From: a virus | Taxonomy: Duplodnaviria; Heunggongvirae; Uroviricota; Caudoviricetes | IMG/VR virus record: IMGVR_UViG_2703718804_000009 | Direction: 5' to 3' (one strand) | Length of the DNA: 38,798 bases | Shown here: positions 25,770-35,555 of the stretch, piece by piece | Layout of the letters: each line of letters starts with the position of its first letter | Position numbering within the stretch: the stretch's first letter is position 1 | Translations under genes and position numbers: made by a program | The notes under the pieces: generated by a model | The model's input: only the letters and a program-made list of their open reading frames with translations | Told to the model about the DNA's origin: nothing | The model's database searches: none

Positions 25770-25779
25770 CGTCCGGAGA

Positions 25780-28700
25780 ATGAGTGTGGCGACATTACGT
25801 GAACTGATTATTAAAATCTCGGCAAACTCCCGGTCATTCCAGTCAGAGATCTCCCGGGCTTCGCGTATGGGGCAGGATTACTACCGCACCATGCAGAACG
25901 GAGGCCGACAGTCTGCTGCTGCATCCCGTGAAATGCGGCGTGCACTGGCAGAAGTGACGGATCAGATAAATACAGCTAAATCTTCGGCACTGAATATGGC
26001 GGGGGCATTTGCCGGGGCTTTTGCTACCGGTCATCTTATTTCTCTCGCCGATGAGTGGAATTCAGTAAATGCCCGTCTGAAGCAGGCATCACAGTCCAGT
26101 GATGATTTTCAGGCATCACAGCGTGAATTAATGGCGATCAGCCAGAGAACGGGGACGGCGTTTTCTGATAACGCCAGCCTTTTTGCCCGTTCTGCAGCTT
26201 CCATGCGGGAGTATGGCTACAGTTCTGAGGAGGTACTGAAAGTCACCGAGGCGATCTCCACTGGCCTGAAATTATCCGGTGCCAGTACAGCAGAAGCCAG
26301 TTCGGTGATCACGCAGTTCAGTCAGGCTCTGGCGCAGGGAGTGCTGCGTGGTGAAGAGTTTAACTCGGTGAATGAGAACGGCGATCGTGTTATTCGTGCT
26401 CTGGCTGCGGGAATGGGAGTTGCCCGTAAGGATCTGAAGGCCATGGCGGATAACGGAAAGTTGACCGCCGATAAGGTTGTTCCTGCACTGATTAGTCAGC
26501 TTGGGGCATTACGTGATGAATATGCGGCAATGCCTGATACGGTTTCATCCTCTGCAACCAAAGTTGAAAACGCCTTTATGGCCTGGGTTGGTGGTGCGAA
26601 CGAGGCAAGCGGAGTGACGAAGACGCTCTCCGGTGTGCTGAATGGTATTGCAGGCAATATTGACACCGTGGCAACCGCTGCCGGTGCTCTGGTTGCCGTC
26701 GGGGTAGCCCGATATTTTGGCAATATGGCGTCGTCTGCTGGATCTGCAACTGCCGGATTAATTACTGCAGCCAGAAACGAAGTGGCTCTTGCTGAAGCGC
26801 AACTTCGGGGGACACAGATAGCAACCGCCAGGGCGCGTGCGGCGGTTTATCGTGCGCAACAGGCGGTTGTTGCTGCTCGCGGTACCGAAAGGCAGGCCGC
26901 AGCAGAAGCGAAGCTGACAGCTGCCCAGGCGTCACTTACCCGTAATATTGCGGCCAGAACAGCGGCACAGACAACGCTGAATACTGTCACGTCAGTGGGG
27001 AGTCGTCTGTTAAGTGGTGCGCTGGGGTTGGTTGGTGGTGTGCCGGGACTCGTCATGCTGGGGGCGACGGCCTGGTACACGATGTATCAGAATCAGGAGC
27101 AGGCCAGAGAATCTGCACGCCAGTATGCCGCAACAATCGACGAAATTCGCCAGAAAACGTCGGCAATGTCGCTTCCTGAAGCGTCAGATAATGAGGAAAA
27201 GACGCGGCAGGCACTTGATGAGCAAAACAGGTTAATTGACGAGCAGAAAAGTAAGATTAAATCCTTACAGGAAAAAATTGCTGGCTATCAGTATGTGCTG
27301 GCAAACCCGGGCTGGACAACCGATAACGGTTTTATGATTAACCACATGACGTCGGTAAAAACTGTCACAGAAGGGCTTGCAGAAGCAACAAATCAACTGG
27401 CAGTTGAACAGTCCCGTCTCACACAAATGCAGGGCAAAGCGCAATCCATTCAGGATGTGCTTGCCGGGCTGGAGGAGCGACGGGTGGCGTTGATCCGTCA
27501 ACAGGCCGCGGAACAAAACAAAGCGTATCAGTCCCTGTTGATCATGAATGGGCAGCATACCGAGTTTAATCGCCTTCTCGGGCTCGGTAATGAATTACTT
27601 CAGCAGCGACAGGGGCTGGTGAATGTACCGTTACGTCTGCCACAGGCAACCCTGGATGATAAACAGCAGGACGCACTGAAAAAAAGCCAGCAGGCGCTGG
27701 AGTTGTCCCGTCTCAAAGGCGAGGCCAGAGAACGCGTGCGTCTCGGATATGCTGCTGATGATCTTGGCTTTGTCGGCGACAAATATCAGACTGCACGCCA
27801 GGAATTCATCAGTACAGGGATGGAGACCTGGCGCAATAATGAGGCGAATAAGCCGAAGAGAAAAGGGCCAAAATCGGAAGCTGAAAAAGCAGAAGATGTT
27901 TACAACAGGCTGATTAAACAGCAGAAAGAACAGCTTGCACTGGCAGGACAGAATACCGAACTGGCGAAAATGAAATACCAGGTCAGCCAGGGTGAGCTGA
28001 CCACCCTTTCGTCTGCACAGAAGCAACTTTTGCTACAGAATGCGGCGCTGATTGACCAGAAAAATATCCGGCAACAGCTTGCTGCGTATGAGAGCAGTCT
28101 GGCGGACAGTAATGCCAGTGCCCGGGCATCTGACGAAGCGCAGTTGTTGGGATATGGTGAAGGCTCACGGATGCGTGAACGACTCCAGGAAATGTGGAGT
28201 ATCCGGCAGGCGTTTGAGCAGAAAAATAACGAGCTGCTGAGACAGTATCAGGCCGGAGAAATTGAAGAAGCCCTGTGGAAACAGGAGAAAGAACTGAATA
28301 AAAAATATCTGGAAGAGCGTCTCAGCGATCAGCAGAATTATTATGCAAAGGCCGATGCTTTACGTAATAACTGGAATGCCGGACTCCAGGAGGGACTGAC
28401 CAACTGGGCAGACAGTGCCACCGATTATGCTTCACAGGCGGCAGATGCTGTCGTTTCCACGATGGACGGGCTGGTATCAAATATTTCCGATGCACTGGCC
28501 GGGAATGTTGTGGACTGGAGGAACTGGGGGAGTTCAGTTCTCCGGGAAGTTTCAAAAATTCTGATGAATGCAGCCATTGTTAACGGACTGAAATCACTCT
28601 CCGGTGCCGGAGGGTGGCTTGGTACGGTCGGCGGATGGATTTCGGGGGCAGTGGCAAACGCAAAAGGTGGTGTTTACACATCGGCAAATCTGAGTGCTTA

Positions 28701-29016
28701 CAGTAACACTATTGTGGATACACCGACGTATTTTGCTTTTGCGAAAGGTGCCGGGTTGATGGGCGAGGCCGGGCCTGAAGCAATCATGCCACTGACACGG
28801 GCAGCGGACGGCTCTCTTGGGGTCAGGGCCATTGGAAATGTGAATGGTGGCGGTGGATTTGTTTATTCTCCCGTGTATCACATCAGCATTCAGAATCAAG
28901 GGAGCAATGGCGAGATAGATGCGCGCTCAGCCAGGGGACTGGTGGATCTGATCGACAGCAGGGTTGTGTCAATTATGCAGTCATCGCGTCGGGATGGAGG
29001 ATTGTACAGTGCCTGA
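25780..29016 (+). CDS. tail tape measure protein
   Basis: 1078 aa; Ala/Gln-rich coiled-coil central region; position between GT and M. Confidence 0.9.
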   Translation: MSVATLRELIIKISANSRSFQSEISRASRMGQDYYRTMQNGGRQSAAASREMRRALAEVTDQINTAKSSALNMAGAFAGAFATGHLISLADEWNSVNARLKQASQSSDDFQASQRELMAISQRTGTAFSDNASLFARSAASMREYGYSSEEVLKVTEAISTGLKLSGASTAEASSVITQFSQALAQGVLRGEEFNSVNENGDRVIRALAAGMGVARKDLKAMADNGKLTADKVVPALISQLGALRDEYAAMPDTVSSSATKVENAFMAWVGGANEASGVTKTLSGVLNGIAGNIDTVATAAGALVAVGVARYFGNMASSAGSATAGLITAARNEVALAEAQLRGTQIATARARAAVYRAQQAVVAARGTERQAAAEAKLTAAQASLTRNIAARTAAQTTLNTVTSVGSRLLSGALGLVGGVPGLVMLGATAWYTMYQNQEQARESARQYAATIDEIRQKTSAMSLPEASDNEEKTRQALDEQNRLIDEQKSKIKSLQEKIAGYQYVLANPGWTTDNGFMINHMTSVKTVTEGLAEATNQLAVEQSRLTQMQGKAQSIQDVLAGLEERRVALIRQQAAEQNKAYQSLLIMNGQHTEFNRLLGLGNELLQQRQGLVNVPLRLPQATLDDKQQDALKKSQQALELSRLKGEARERVRLGYAADDLGFVGDKYQTARQEFISTGMETWRNNEANKPKRKGPKSEAEKAEDVYNRLIKQQKEQLALAGQNTELAKMKYQVSQGELTTLSSAQKQLLLQNAALIDQKNIRQQLAAYESSLADSNASARASDEAQLLGYGEGSRMRERLQEMWSIRQAFEQKNNELLRQYQAGEIEEALWKQEKELNKKYLEERLSDQQNYYAKADALRNNWNAGLQEGLTNWADSATDYASQAADAVVSTMDGLVSNISDALAGNVVDWRNWGSSVLREVSKILMNAAIVNGLKSLSGAGGWLGTVGGWISGAVANAKGGVYTSANLSAYSNTIVDTPTYFAFAKGAGLMGEAGPEAIMPLTRAADGSLGVRAIGNVNGGGGFVYSPVYHISIQNQGSNGEIDARSARGLVDLIDSRVVSIMQSSRRDGGLYSA

Positions 29017-29350
29017 GCCTGAAGTTTTTAACTGGATCCCCCGTGAGGGGATGGAGACGACACGAAAGCCATCAGTTATTACGGTAAAGTTTGGTGACGG
29101 ATATGAACAGCGACGGGCTGGTGGTCTGAATGCGGATCTGAAAACGTTTAAACCGGTATTTCGTGTCACAGATGAATATTCCCGTGCCGCGCTGGACAGT
29201 TTTTTATCCCGTCATGCCGGGATTCGTGCTTTTTTGTGGCGTCCGCCAAAACACAACAGGACTGTCCGGGTTGTCTGCAGGGAGTGGAGCATTTCGGATA
29301 ATGCCATGTATACCGATTTTAACTGTACCTTTGAAGAGGTCACTCACTGA
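28994..29350 (+). CDS. M: minor tail protein M (lambda gpM-like)
   Basis: VKFGDGYEQRRAGGLNADLKTFKPVF resembles lambda M as recalled; start is 28994 or GTG at 29011. Confidence 0.75.
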   Translation: MEDCTVPEPEVFNWIPREGMETTRKPSVITVKFGDGYEQRRAGGLNADLKTFKPVFRVTDEYSRAALDSFLSRHAGIRAFLWRPPKHNRTVRVVCREWSISDNAMYTDFNCTFEEVTH

Positions 29351-30048
29351 TGCAGGATATACAGCAGGAAACACTCAATGAGTGCACTAAAACGGAGCAA
29401 TCCGCGCTGGTCGTGCTCTGGGAAATCGACCTGACAGAGGTCGGTGGAGAACGTTATTTTTTCTGTAATGAGCAGAACGAAAAAGGTGAACCGGTCACCT
29501 GGCAGGGGCGGCAGTATCAGGCATACCCCATTCAGGGGAGCGGTTTTGAACTGAATGGCAAAGGGGCCAGCGCCAGACCAGTGCTGAGCGTGTCCAATCT
29601 GTATGGTCTGGTCACCGGGATGGTGGAGGATTTGCAGAGTCTGGTTGGCGGAACGGTGGTCCGACGTAAGGTTTACGCCCGTTTTCTGGATGCGGTGAAC
29701 TTCGTCAACGGAAACAGTGACGCCGACCCGGAGCAGGAGGTGGTCAGCCGCTGGCGCATCGAGCAGTGTAGCGAACTGACGGCGGTTGGTGCCTCCTTTG
29801 TGCTGGCCACACCGACGGAAACGGATGGTGCTGTTTTTCCGGGGCGCATCATGCTGGCCAACACCTGCACCTGGACCTATCGCGGTGATGAGTGCGGTTA
29901 TCATGGTCCGGCTGTCGCGGATGAATATGACCAGCCGACGTCCGATATCACGAAGGATAAATGCAGCAAATGCCTGAGCGGCTGTAAGTTCCGCAATAAC
30001 GTCGGCAACTTTGGCGGCTTCCTTTCCATTAACAAACTTTCGCAGTGA
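29350..30048 (+). CDS. L: minor tail protein L (lambda gpL-like)
   Basis: 232 aa; C-terminal Cys cluster; synteny M-L-K-I. Confidence 0.8.
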   Translation: MQDIQQETLNECTKTEQSALVVLWEIDLTEVGGERYFFCNEQNEKGEPVTWQGRQYQAYPIQGSGFELNGKGASARPVLSVSNLYGLVTGMVEDLQSLVGGTVVRRKVYARFLDAVNFVNGNSDADPEQEVVSRWRIEQCSELTAVGASFVLATPTETDGAVFPGRIMLANTCTWTYRGDECGYHGPAVADEYDQPTSDITKDKCSKCLSGCKFRNNVGNFGGFLSINKLSQ

Positions 30049-30797
30049 ATCCCATGACAGAGACAGAATCAGCGATTCTGGCGCACGCCCGGCGATGTGC
30101 GCCAGCGGAGTCGTGCGGCTTCGTGGTGAGAACGCCGGAGGGGGAAAGATATTTTCCCTGCGTGAATATCTCCGGTGAGCCGGAGGATTATTTCCGGATG
30201 GCTCCGGAGGACTGGCTGCAGGCAGAAATGCAGGGTGAGATTGTGGCGCTGGTCCACAGCCACCCCGGTGCTCTGCCCTGGCTGAGTGAGGCCGACCGGC
30301 GGCTGCAGGTGCAGAGTGGTCTGCCGTGGTGGCTTGTCTGCCGGGGGGCGATTCACAAGTTCCGCTGTGTGCCGCATCTTACCGGGCGGCGCTTTGAGCA
30401 CGGGGTGACGGACTGTTATGCGCTGTTCCGGGATGCGTACCATCTGGCGGGGATTGCGCTGCCTGATTTTCATCGTGAGGATGACTGGTGGTGTCACGGT
30501 CAGAATCTCTATCTGGATAACCTTGAAACACAGGGTTTTTACCGGGTCTCACCGCATGAGGCACAGGCAGGCGACGTGCTGCTGTGTTGTTTTGGCTCGC
30601 CTGTTGCCAATCATGCCGCCATTTACTGTGGTGACGGCGAGCTGCTGCACCATATTCCTGAACAACTGAGCAAACGAGAGAGGTACACCGACAAATGGCA
30701 GCGACGCACACACTCCGTCTGGCGTCACCGGGCATGGCACGCATCTGCCTTTACGGGGATTTGCAACGATTTGGCCGCCGCATCGACCTGCGTGTGA
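30045..30797 (+). CDS. K: tail assembly protein K (lambda gpK-like; JAB/MPN plus NlpC/P60 motifs)
   Basis: HSHP JAB-type motif and Cys/His hydrolase motifs; synteny. Confidence 0.8.
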   Translation: MNPMTETESAILAHARRCAPAESCGFVVRTPEGERYFPCVNISGEPEDYFRMAPEDWLQAEMQGEIVALVHSHPGALPWLSEADRRLQVQSGLPWWLVCRGAIHKFRCVPHLTGRRFEHGVTDCYALFRDAYHLAGIALPDFHREDDWWCHGQNLYLDNLETQGFYRVSPHEAQAGDVLLCCFGSPVANHAAIYCGDGELLHHIPEQLSKRERYTDKWQRRTHSVWRHRAWHASAFTGICNDLAAASTCV

Positions 30798-31372
30798 AAA
30801 CGGGGGCAGAAGCCATCCGGGCGCTGGCCACACAGCTCCCTGCGTTTCGCCAGAAACTGAGCGGCGGCTGGTATCAGGTGCGGATAGCAGGGAAAGATAC
30901 AGGAGAGAGAGAGCTGTCTGCCCGTCTGCATGAGCCGCTTCCTGACGGCGCAGTGATACACCTGGTTCCTCGGACAGCCGGTGCTAAAAACGGCGGTGTT
31001 TTCCAGATTGTTCTGGGGGCTGTCGCCATTGCGGCTTCGTTTTTTACTGCAGGAGCCTCTCTGGCTATGTGGGGCGCCGCATTGAGTGCAACAACACTGA
31101 GCGCCACTACAGTCCTGTTTTCTCTCGGTGCCAGTATGATTCTGGGGGGGGTGGCGCAGATGCTGGCCCCGAAACCGAAAACGCCCCGCATGCAGACAAC
31201 GGATAACGGTAAGCAGAATACCTATTTTTCCTCACTGGATAACATGGTTGCCCAGGGCAATGTTCTGCCGGTTCTGTACGGTGAAATGCGCGTGGGGTCG
31301 CGGGTGATTTCACAGGAAATCAGCACGGCTGATGAGGGTGGCGGCGGTCAGGTAGTGGTGATTGGTCGCTGA
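30695..31372 (+). CDS. I: tail assembly protein I (lambda gpI-like)
   Basis: MAATHTLRLASPGMARICLYGDLQRFGRRIDLRV matches lambda I as recalled; overlaps the K 3' end. Confidence 0.8.
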   Translation: MAATHTLRLASPGMARICLYGDLQRFGRRIDLRVKTGAEAIRALATQLPAFRQKLSGGWYQVRIAGKDTGERELSARLHEPLPDGAVIHLVPRTAGAKNGGVFQIVLGAVAIAASFFTAGASLAMWGAALSATTLSATTVLFSLGASMILGGVAQMLAPKPKTPRMQTTDNGKQNTYFSSLDNMVAQGNVLPVLYGEMRVGSRVISQEISTADEGGGGQVVVIGR

Positions 31373-31387
31373 TGCAAATGTTTTATG

Positions 31388-31412
31388 TGAAACCGCCTCC
31401 GGGCGGTTTTTT
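31388..31412 (+). terminator. intrinsic terminator
   Basis: CCGCCTCCGGGCGG hairpin followed by T8. Confidence 0.6.
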
Positions 31413-31428
31413 TTATGGAGAGTAAGTG

Positions 31429-34400
31429 ATGGGTAAAGGTGGCGGTAAGGCGCATACGCCCCGTGAAGCCAGAGATAACCTGAAATCCTCCCAGTTGCTG
31501 AGTGTGATTGACGCTATCAGTGAAGGACCGGTTTATGGTCCGGTTGACGGGCTGAAAAGTGTCCGCCTGAATGGTACGCCGGTACTGGACAGCGGGGGGA
31601 ATACCAACTTTTCCGGTGTCACGGTGGTGTTCCGTTCCGGTGAACAGGAGCAGACACCGCCGGAGGGGTTTGAATCCTCCGGCTCCGAGACGGTGCTGGG
31701 TACGGAAGTGAAATACGACACGCCGATAACCCGGACCATCACGTCGGCAAACATCGACCGTCTGCGCCTGACCTTCGGGGTGCAGGCACTGGTGAAAACC
31801 ACCTCAAAGGGGGACAGGGAGCCGTCGGAAGTCCGCCTGCTGGTTCAGATACAGCGTAATGGTGGCTGGGTGACGGAAAAAGACATCACCATTAAGGGCA
31901 AAACAACCTCGCAGTATCTGGCCTCGGTGGTGGTGGATAATCTGCCGCCGCGCCCGTTCAGTATCCGGATGCGCAGGATGACGCCGGACAGCACCACAGA
32001 CCAGTTGCAGAACAGGACAATCTGGGCATCATACACCGAAATCATCGATGTGAAACAGTGCTACCCGAACACGGCACTGGTCGGTGTGCAGGTGGATTCT
32101 GAGCAGTTCGGCAGCCAGCAGGTGAGCCGTAATTATCATCTGCGCGGGCGTATTCTGCAGGTGCCGTCGAACTATAACCCGCAGACGCGGCAATACAGCG
32201 GTATCTGGGACGGAACGTTAAAACCGGCATACAGCAACAACCCGGCCTGGTGTCTGTGGGATATGCTGACCCACCCGCGCTACGGCATGGGGAAACGTCT
32301 TGGTGCGGCAGATGTGGATAAATGGGCGCTGTATGTCATCGGCCAGTACTGCGACCAGTCAGTGCCGGACGGTTTTGGCGGCACGGAGCCGCGCATCACC
32401 TGTAATGCCTGGCTGACCACACAACGTAAGGCATGGGATGTGCTCAGCGATTTCTGCTCGGCGATGCGCTGTATGCCGGTATGGAACGGGCAAACGCTGA
32501 CGTTCGTGCAGGACCGGCCATCGGATAAGGTGTGGACCTATAACCGCAGTAATGTGGCGATGCCGGGTGATGGCGCGCCGTTCCGCTACAGCTTCAGCGC
32601 CCTGAAGGACCGCCATAATGCCGTTGAGGTGAACTGGATTGACCCTGACAACGGCCAGGAGACGGCGACAGAGCTTGTGGAGGACACGCAGGCCATTGCC
32701 CGTTACGGTCGTAACGTCACGAAGATGGATGCCTTTGGCTGTACCAGTCGTGGGCAGGCGCACCGCGCCGGGCTGTGGCTGATTAAAACGGAACTGCTGG
32801 AAACGCAGACCGTGGACTTCAGCGTGGGCGCAGAAGGGCTTCGCCATGTGCCGGGCGATGTCATTGAAATCTGTGATGATGACTATGCCGGTATCAGCAC
32901 CGGCGGGCGCGTGCTGGCGGTAAACAGCCAGACCCGGACGCTGACGCTCGACCGTGAAATCACGCTGCCATCCTCCGGTACCACGCTGATAAGCCTGGTT
33001 GACGGAAGTGGCAATCCGGTCAGCGTGGAGGTTCAGTCCGTCACCAACGGCGTGAAGGTGAAAGTGAGCCGGGTTCCTGACGGCGTGGCAGAATACAGCG
33101 TGTGGGGGCTGAAGTTGCCGACGTTGCGTCAGCGCCTGTTCCGCTGCGTGAGTATCCGTGAGAACGATGACGGCACGTATGCCATCACCGCCGTGCAGCA
33201 TGTACCGGAAAAAGAGGCCATCGTGGATAACGGGGCGCACTTTGACGGCGACCAGAGCGGCACGGTGAATGGTGTCACGCCGCCAGCGGTGCAGCACCTG
33301 ACTGCCGAAGTCACCGCAGACAGCGGGGAGTATCAGGTACTGGCCCGCTGGGACACGCCGAAGGTGGTGAAGGGCGTGAGCTTTATGCTTCGCCTGACCG
33401 TGGCAGCGGATGACGGCAGTGAGCGGCTGGTCAGCACGGCCCGGACGACGGAAACCACATACCGCTTCACGCAACTGGCGCTGGGGAACTACAGGCTGAC
33501 TGTCCGGGCGGTAAATGCGTGGGGACAGCAGGGCGATCCGGCATCGGTATCGTTCCGGATTGCCGCACCGGCAGCGCCGTCGCGGATTGAGCTGACGCCG
33601 GGCTATTTTCAGATCACCGCCACGCCGCATCTTGCGGTTTATGATCCGACGGTACAGTTTGAGTTCTGGTTCTCGGAAAAGCGGATTGCGGATATCAGGC
33701 AGGTTGAAACCACAGCCCGCTATCTTGGTACGGCGCTGTACTGGATAGCCGCCAGTATCAGTATCAAACCGGGCCATGATTATTATTTTTACATTCGCAG
33801 TGTGAACACCGTTGGCAAATCGGCATTCGTGGAGGCCGTCGGTCGGGCGAGCGATGATGCGGAAGGTTATCTGGATTTTTTCAAAGGTCAGATAACCGAA
33901 TCCCATCTTGGCAAGGAGCTGCTGGAAAAAGTCGAGCTGACGGAGGATAACGCCAGCAAACTGGAGCAGTTTTCGAAAGAGTGGAAAGACGCCAGTGATA
34001 AATGGAATGCCATGTGGGGCGTCAAAATTGAGCAGACCAAAGACGGTAAGCATTATGTCGCGGGGCTTGGCCTCAGCATGGAAGATACAGAGGAAGGCAA
34101 ACTGAGCCAGTTTCTGGTTGCCGCCAATCGTATCGCGTTTATTGACCCGGCAAACGGGAATGAAACGCCGATGTTTGTGGCGCAGGGCAACCAGATATTC
34201 ATGAACGACGTGTTCCTGAAGCGCCTGACAGCCCCCACCATTACCAGCGGTGGCAGTCCTCCGGTATTTTCCCTGACATCAGACGGAAAGCTGACCGCTA
34301 AAAATGCGGATATCAGTGGTAGTGTGAATGCGAACTCCGGGACGCTCAACAACGTCACGATTAACGAGAACTGTCGGGTTCTGGGAAAACTGTCCGCGAA

Positions 34401-34824
34401 CCAGATTGAAGGCGATCTCGTTAAAACAGTGGGCAAAGCTTTCCCCCGGGACTCCCGTGCACCGGAGCGGTGGCCATCAGGAACCATTACCGTCAGGGTT
34501 TATGACGATCAGCCGTTTGACCGGCAGATTGTTATTCCGGCGGTGGCATTCAGTGGCGCTAAACATGAGAAAGAGCATACTGATATTTACTCCTCATGCC
34601 GTCTGATCGTACGGAAAAACGGCGCTGAAATTTATAACCGTACCGCGCTGGATAATACGCTGATTTACAGTGGTGTTATTGATATGCCGGCTGGTCACGG
34701 TCACATGACGCTGGAGTTTTCGGTGTCAGCATGGCTGGTAAATAACTGGTATCCCACAGCAAGTATCAGCGATTTGCTGGTTGTGGTGATGAAGAAAGCC
34801 ACTGCAGGCATCACGATTAGCTGA
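31429..34824 (+). CDS. J: central tail fiber / host specificity protein J (lambda gpJ-like)
   Basis: [34 protein letters not shown] matches the lambda J N-terminus as recalled; about 1131 aa. Confidence 0.9.
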   Translation: MGKGGGKAHTPREARDNLKSSQLLSVIDAISEGPVYGPVDGLKSVRLNGTPVLDSGGNTNFSGVTVVFRSGEQEQTPPEGFESSGSETVLGTEVKYDTPITRTITSANIDRLRLTFGVQALVKTTSKGDREPSEVRLLVQIQRNGGWVTEKDITIKGKTTSQYLASVVVDNLPPRPFSIRMRRMTPDSTTDQLQNRTIWASYTEIIDVKQCYPNTALVGVQVDSEQFGSQQVSRNYHLRGRILQVPSNYNPQTRQYSGIWDGTLKPAYSNNPAWCLWDMLTHPRYGMGKRLGAADVDKWALYVIGQYCDQSVPDGFGGTEPRITCNAWLTTQRKAWDVLSDFCSAMRCMPVWNGQTLTFVQDRPSDKVWTYNRSNVAMPGDGAPFRYSFSALKDRHNAVEVNWIDPDNGQETATELVEDTQAIARYGRNVTKMDAFGCTSRGQAHRAGLWLIKTELLETQTVDFSVGAEGLRHVPGDVIEICDDDYAGISTGGRVLAVNSQTRTLTLDREITLPSSGTTLISLVDGSGNPVSVEVQSVTNGVKVKVSRVPDGVAEYSVWGLKLPTLRQRLFRCVSIRENDDGTYAITAVQHVPEKEAIVDNGAHFDGDQSGTVNGVTPPAVQHLTAEVTADSGEYQVLARWDTPKVVKGVSFMLRLTVAADDGSERLVSTARTTETTYRFTQLALGNYRLTVRAVNAWGQQGDPASVSFRIAAPAAPSRIELTPGYFQITATPHLAVYDPTVQFEFWFSEKRIADIRQVETTARYLGTALYWIAASISIKPGHDYYFYIRSVNTVGKSAFVEAVGRASDDAEGYLDFFKGQITESHLGKELLEKVELTEDNASKLEQFSKEWKDASDKWNAMWGVKIEQTKDGKHYVAGLGLSMEDTEEGKLSQFLVAANRIAFIDPANGNETPMFVAQGNQIFMNDVFLKRLTAPTITSGGSPPVFSLTSDGKLTAKNADISGSVNANSGTLNNVTINENCRVLGKLSANQIEGDLVKTVGKAFPRDSRAPERWPSGTITVRVYDDQPFDRQIVIPAVAFSGAKHEKEHTDIYSSCRLIVRKNGAEIYNRTALDNTLIYSGVIDMPAGHGHMTLEFSVSAWLVNNWYPTASISDLLVVVMKKATAGITIS

Positions 34825-34842
34825 ATTTTATAATCCAGATAC

Positions 34843-34867
34843 GGGCGCCAGAAATGGCGCCTTTTTT
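34843..34867 (+). terminator. intrinsic terminator after J
   Basis: GGGCGCC-AGAAAT-GGCGCC hairpin followed by T6. Confidence 0.65.
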
Positions 34868-34891
34868 ATTGCAGAAAAGCGAGAGGTAATT

Positions 34892-35491
34892 ATGCGTAAA
34901 TTATGTGCTGTTATTTTGTCCGCAGTAGTCTGGCAGGTCGCCGCTGCTACGCCAGCGAGTGCAGCAGAACATCAGTCCACGCTGAGCGCGGGGTATCTTC
35001 ATGCCTTGACGAACGTTCCCGGCAGCGATGCTCTGAACGGGATTAACGTGAAATACCGTTATGAGTTTACGGACATACTGGGGATGGTGACGTCATTCAG
35101 CTATGCAGGAGACAAGAATCGCCAGCTTACCCGTTACAGCCATACCCGCTGGCATGAGGATTCTGTGCGTAACCGCTGGTTCAGCGTGATGGCGGGGCCG
35201 TCTGTGCGCGTGAATGAATGGTTCAGCGCGTATGTGATGGCGGGGGGGGCTTACAGCCGTGTATCGACTTTTTCCGGGGATTATCTCCGCGTAACTGACA
35301 ACAAGGGGAAAACGCACGATGTGCTGACCGGAAGTGATGACGGTCGCCACAGCAACATGTCTCTGGCGTGGGGGGCTGGCGTGCAGTTTAACCCGACCGA
35401 ATCCGTGGCCATTGATGTCGCTTATGAAGGTTCCGGCAGTGGCGACTGGCGCACTGACGGTTTCATCGTGGGTGTCGGTTATAAATTCTGA
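34892..35491 (+). CDS. lom: Lom outer-membrane protein (Ail/Lom family beta-barrel), moron
   Basis: Signal peptide; alternating beta-strand pattern; C-terminal GVGYKF; position between J and stf as in lambda. Confidence 0.85.
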   Translation: MRKLCAVILSAVVWQVAAATPASAAEHQSTLSAGYLHALTNVPGSDALNGINVKYRYEFTDILGMVTSFSYAGDKNRQLTRYSHTRWHEDSVRNRWFSVMAGPSVRVNEWFSAYVMAGGAYSRVSTFSGDYLRVTDNKGKTHDVLTGSDDGRHSNMSLAWGAGVQFNPTESVAIDVAYEGSGSGDWRTDGFIVGVGYKF

Positions 35492-35518
35492 TTAGCCAGG
35501 TAACACAGTGTTATGACA

Positions 35519-35544
35519 GCCCGCCGGTTCAGGCGGGCTTTTTT
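35519..35544 (+). terminator. intrinsic terminator after lom
   Basis: GCCCGCC-GGTTCA-GGCGGGC hairpin followed by T6. Confidence 0.65.
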
Positions 35545-35555
35545 GTGGGGTGAAT

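Noticed and set aside
32359-34053. 564-aa minus-strand ORF inside J
   Set aside because: An Arg/Pro/His-rich open frame antisense to a well-supported, GC-rich lambda J-like gene; no independent start signals.
35503-35515. Palindrome TAACAC-A-GTGTTA between lom and stf
   Set aside because: Single occurrence, not matching the GTAAC-N4-GTTAC operator consensus and adjacent to a terminator; likely coincidental or part of terminator context.
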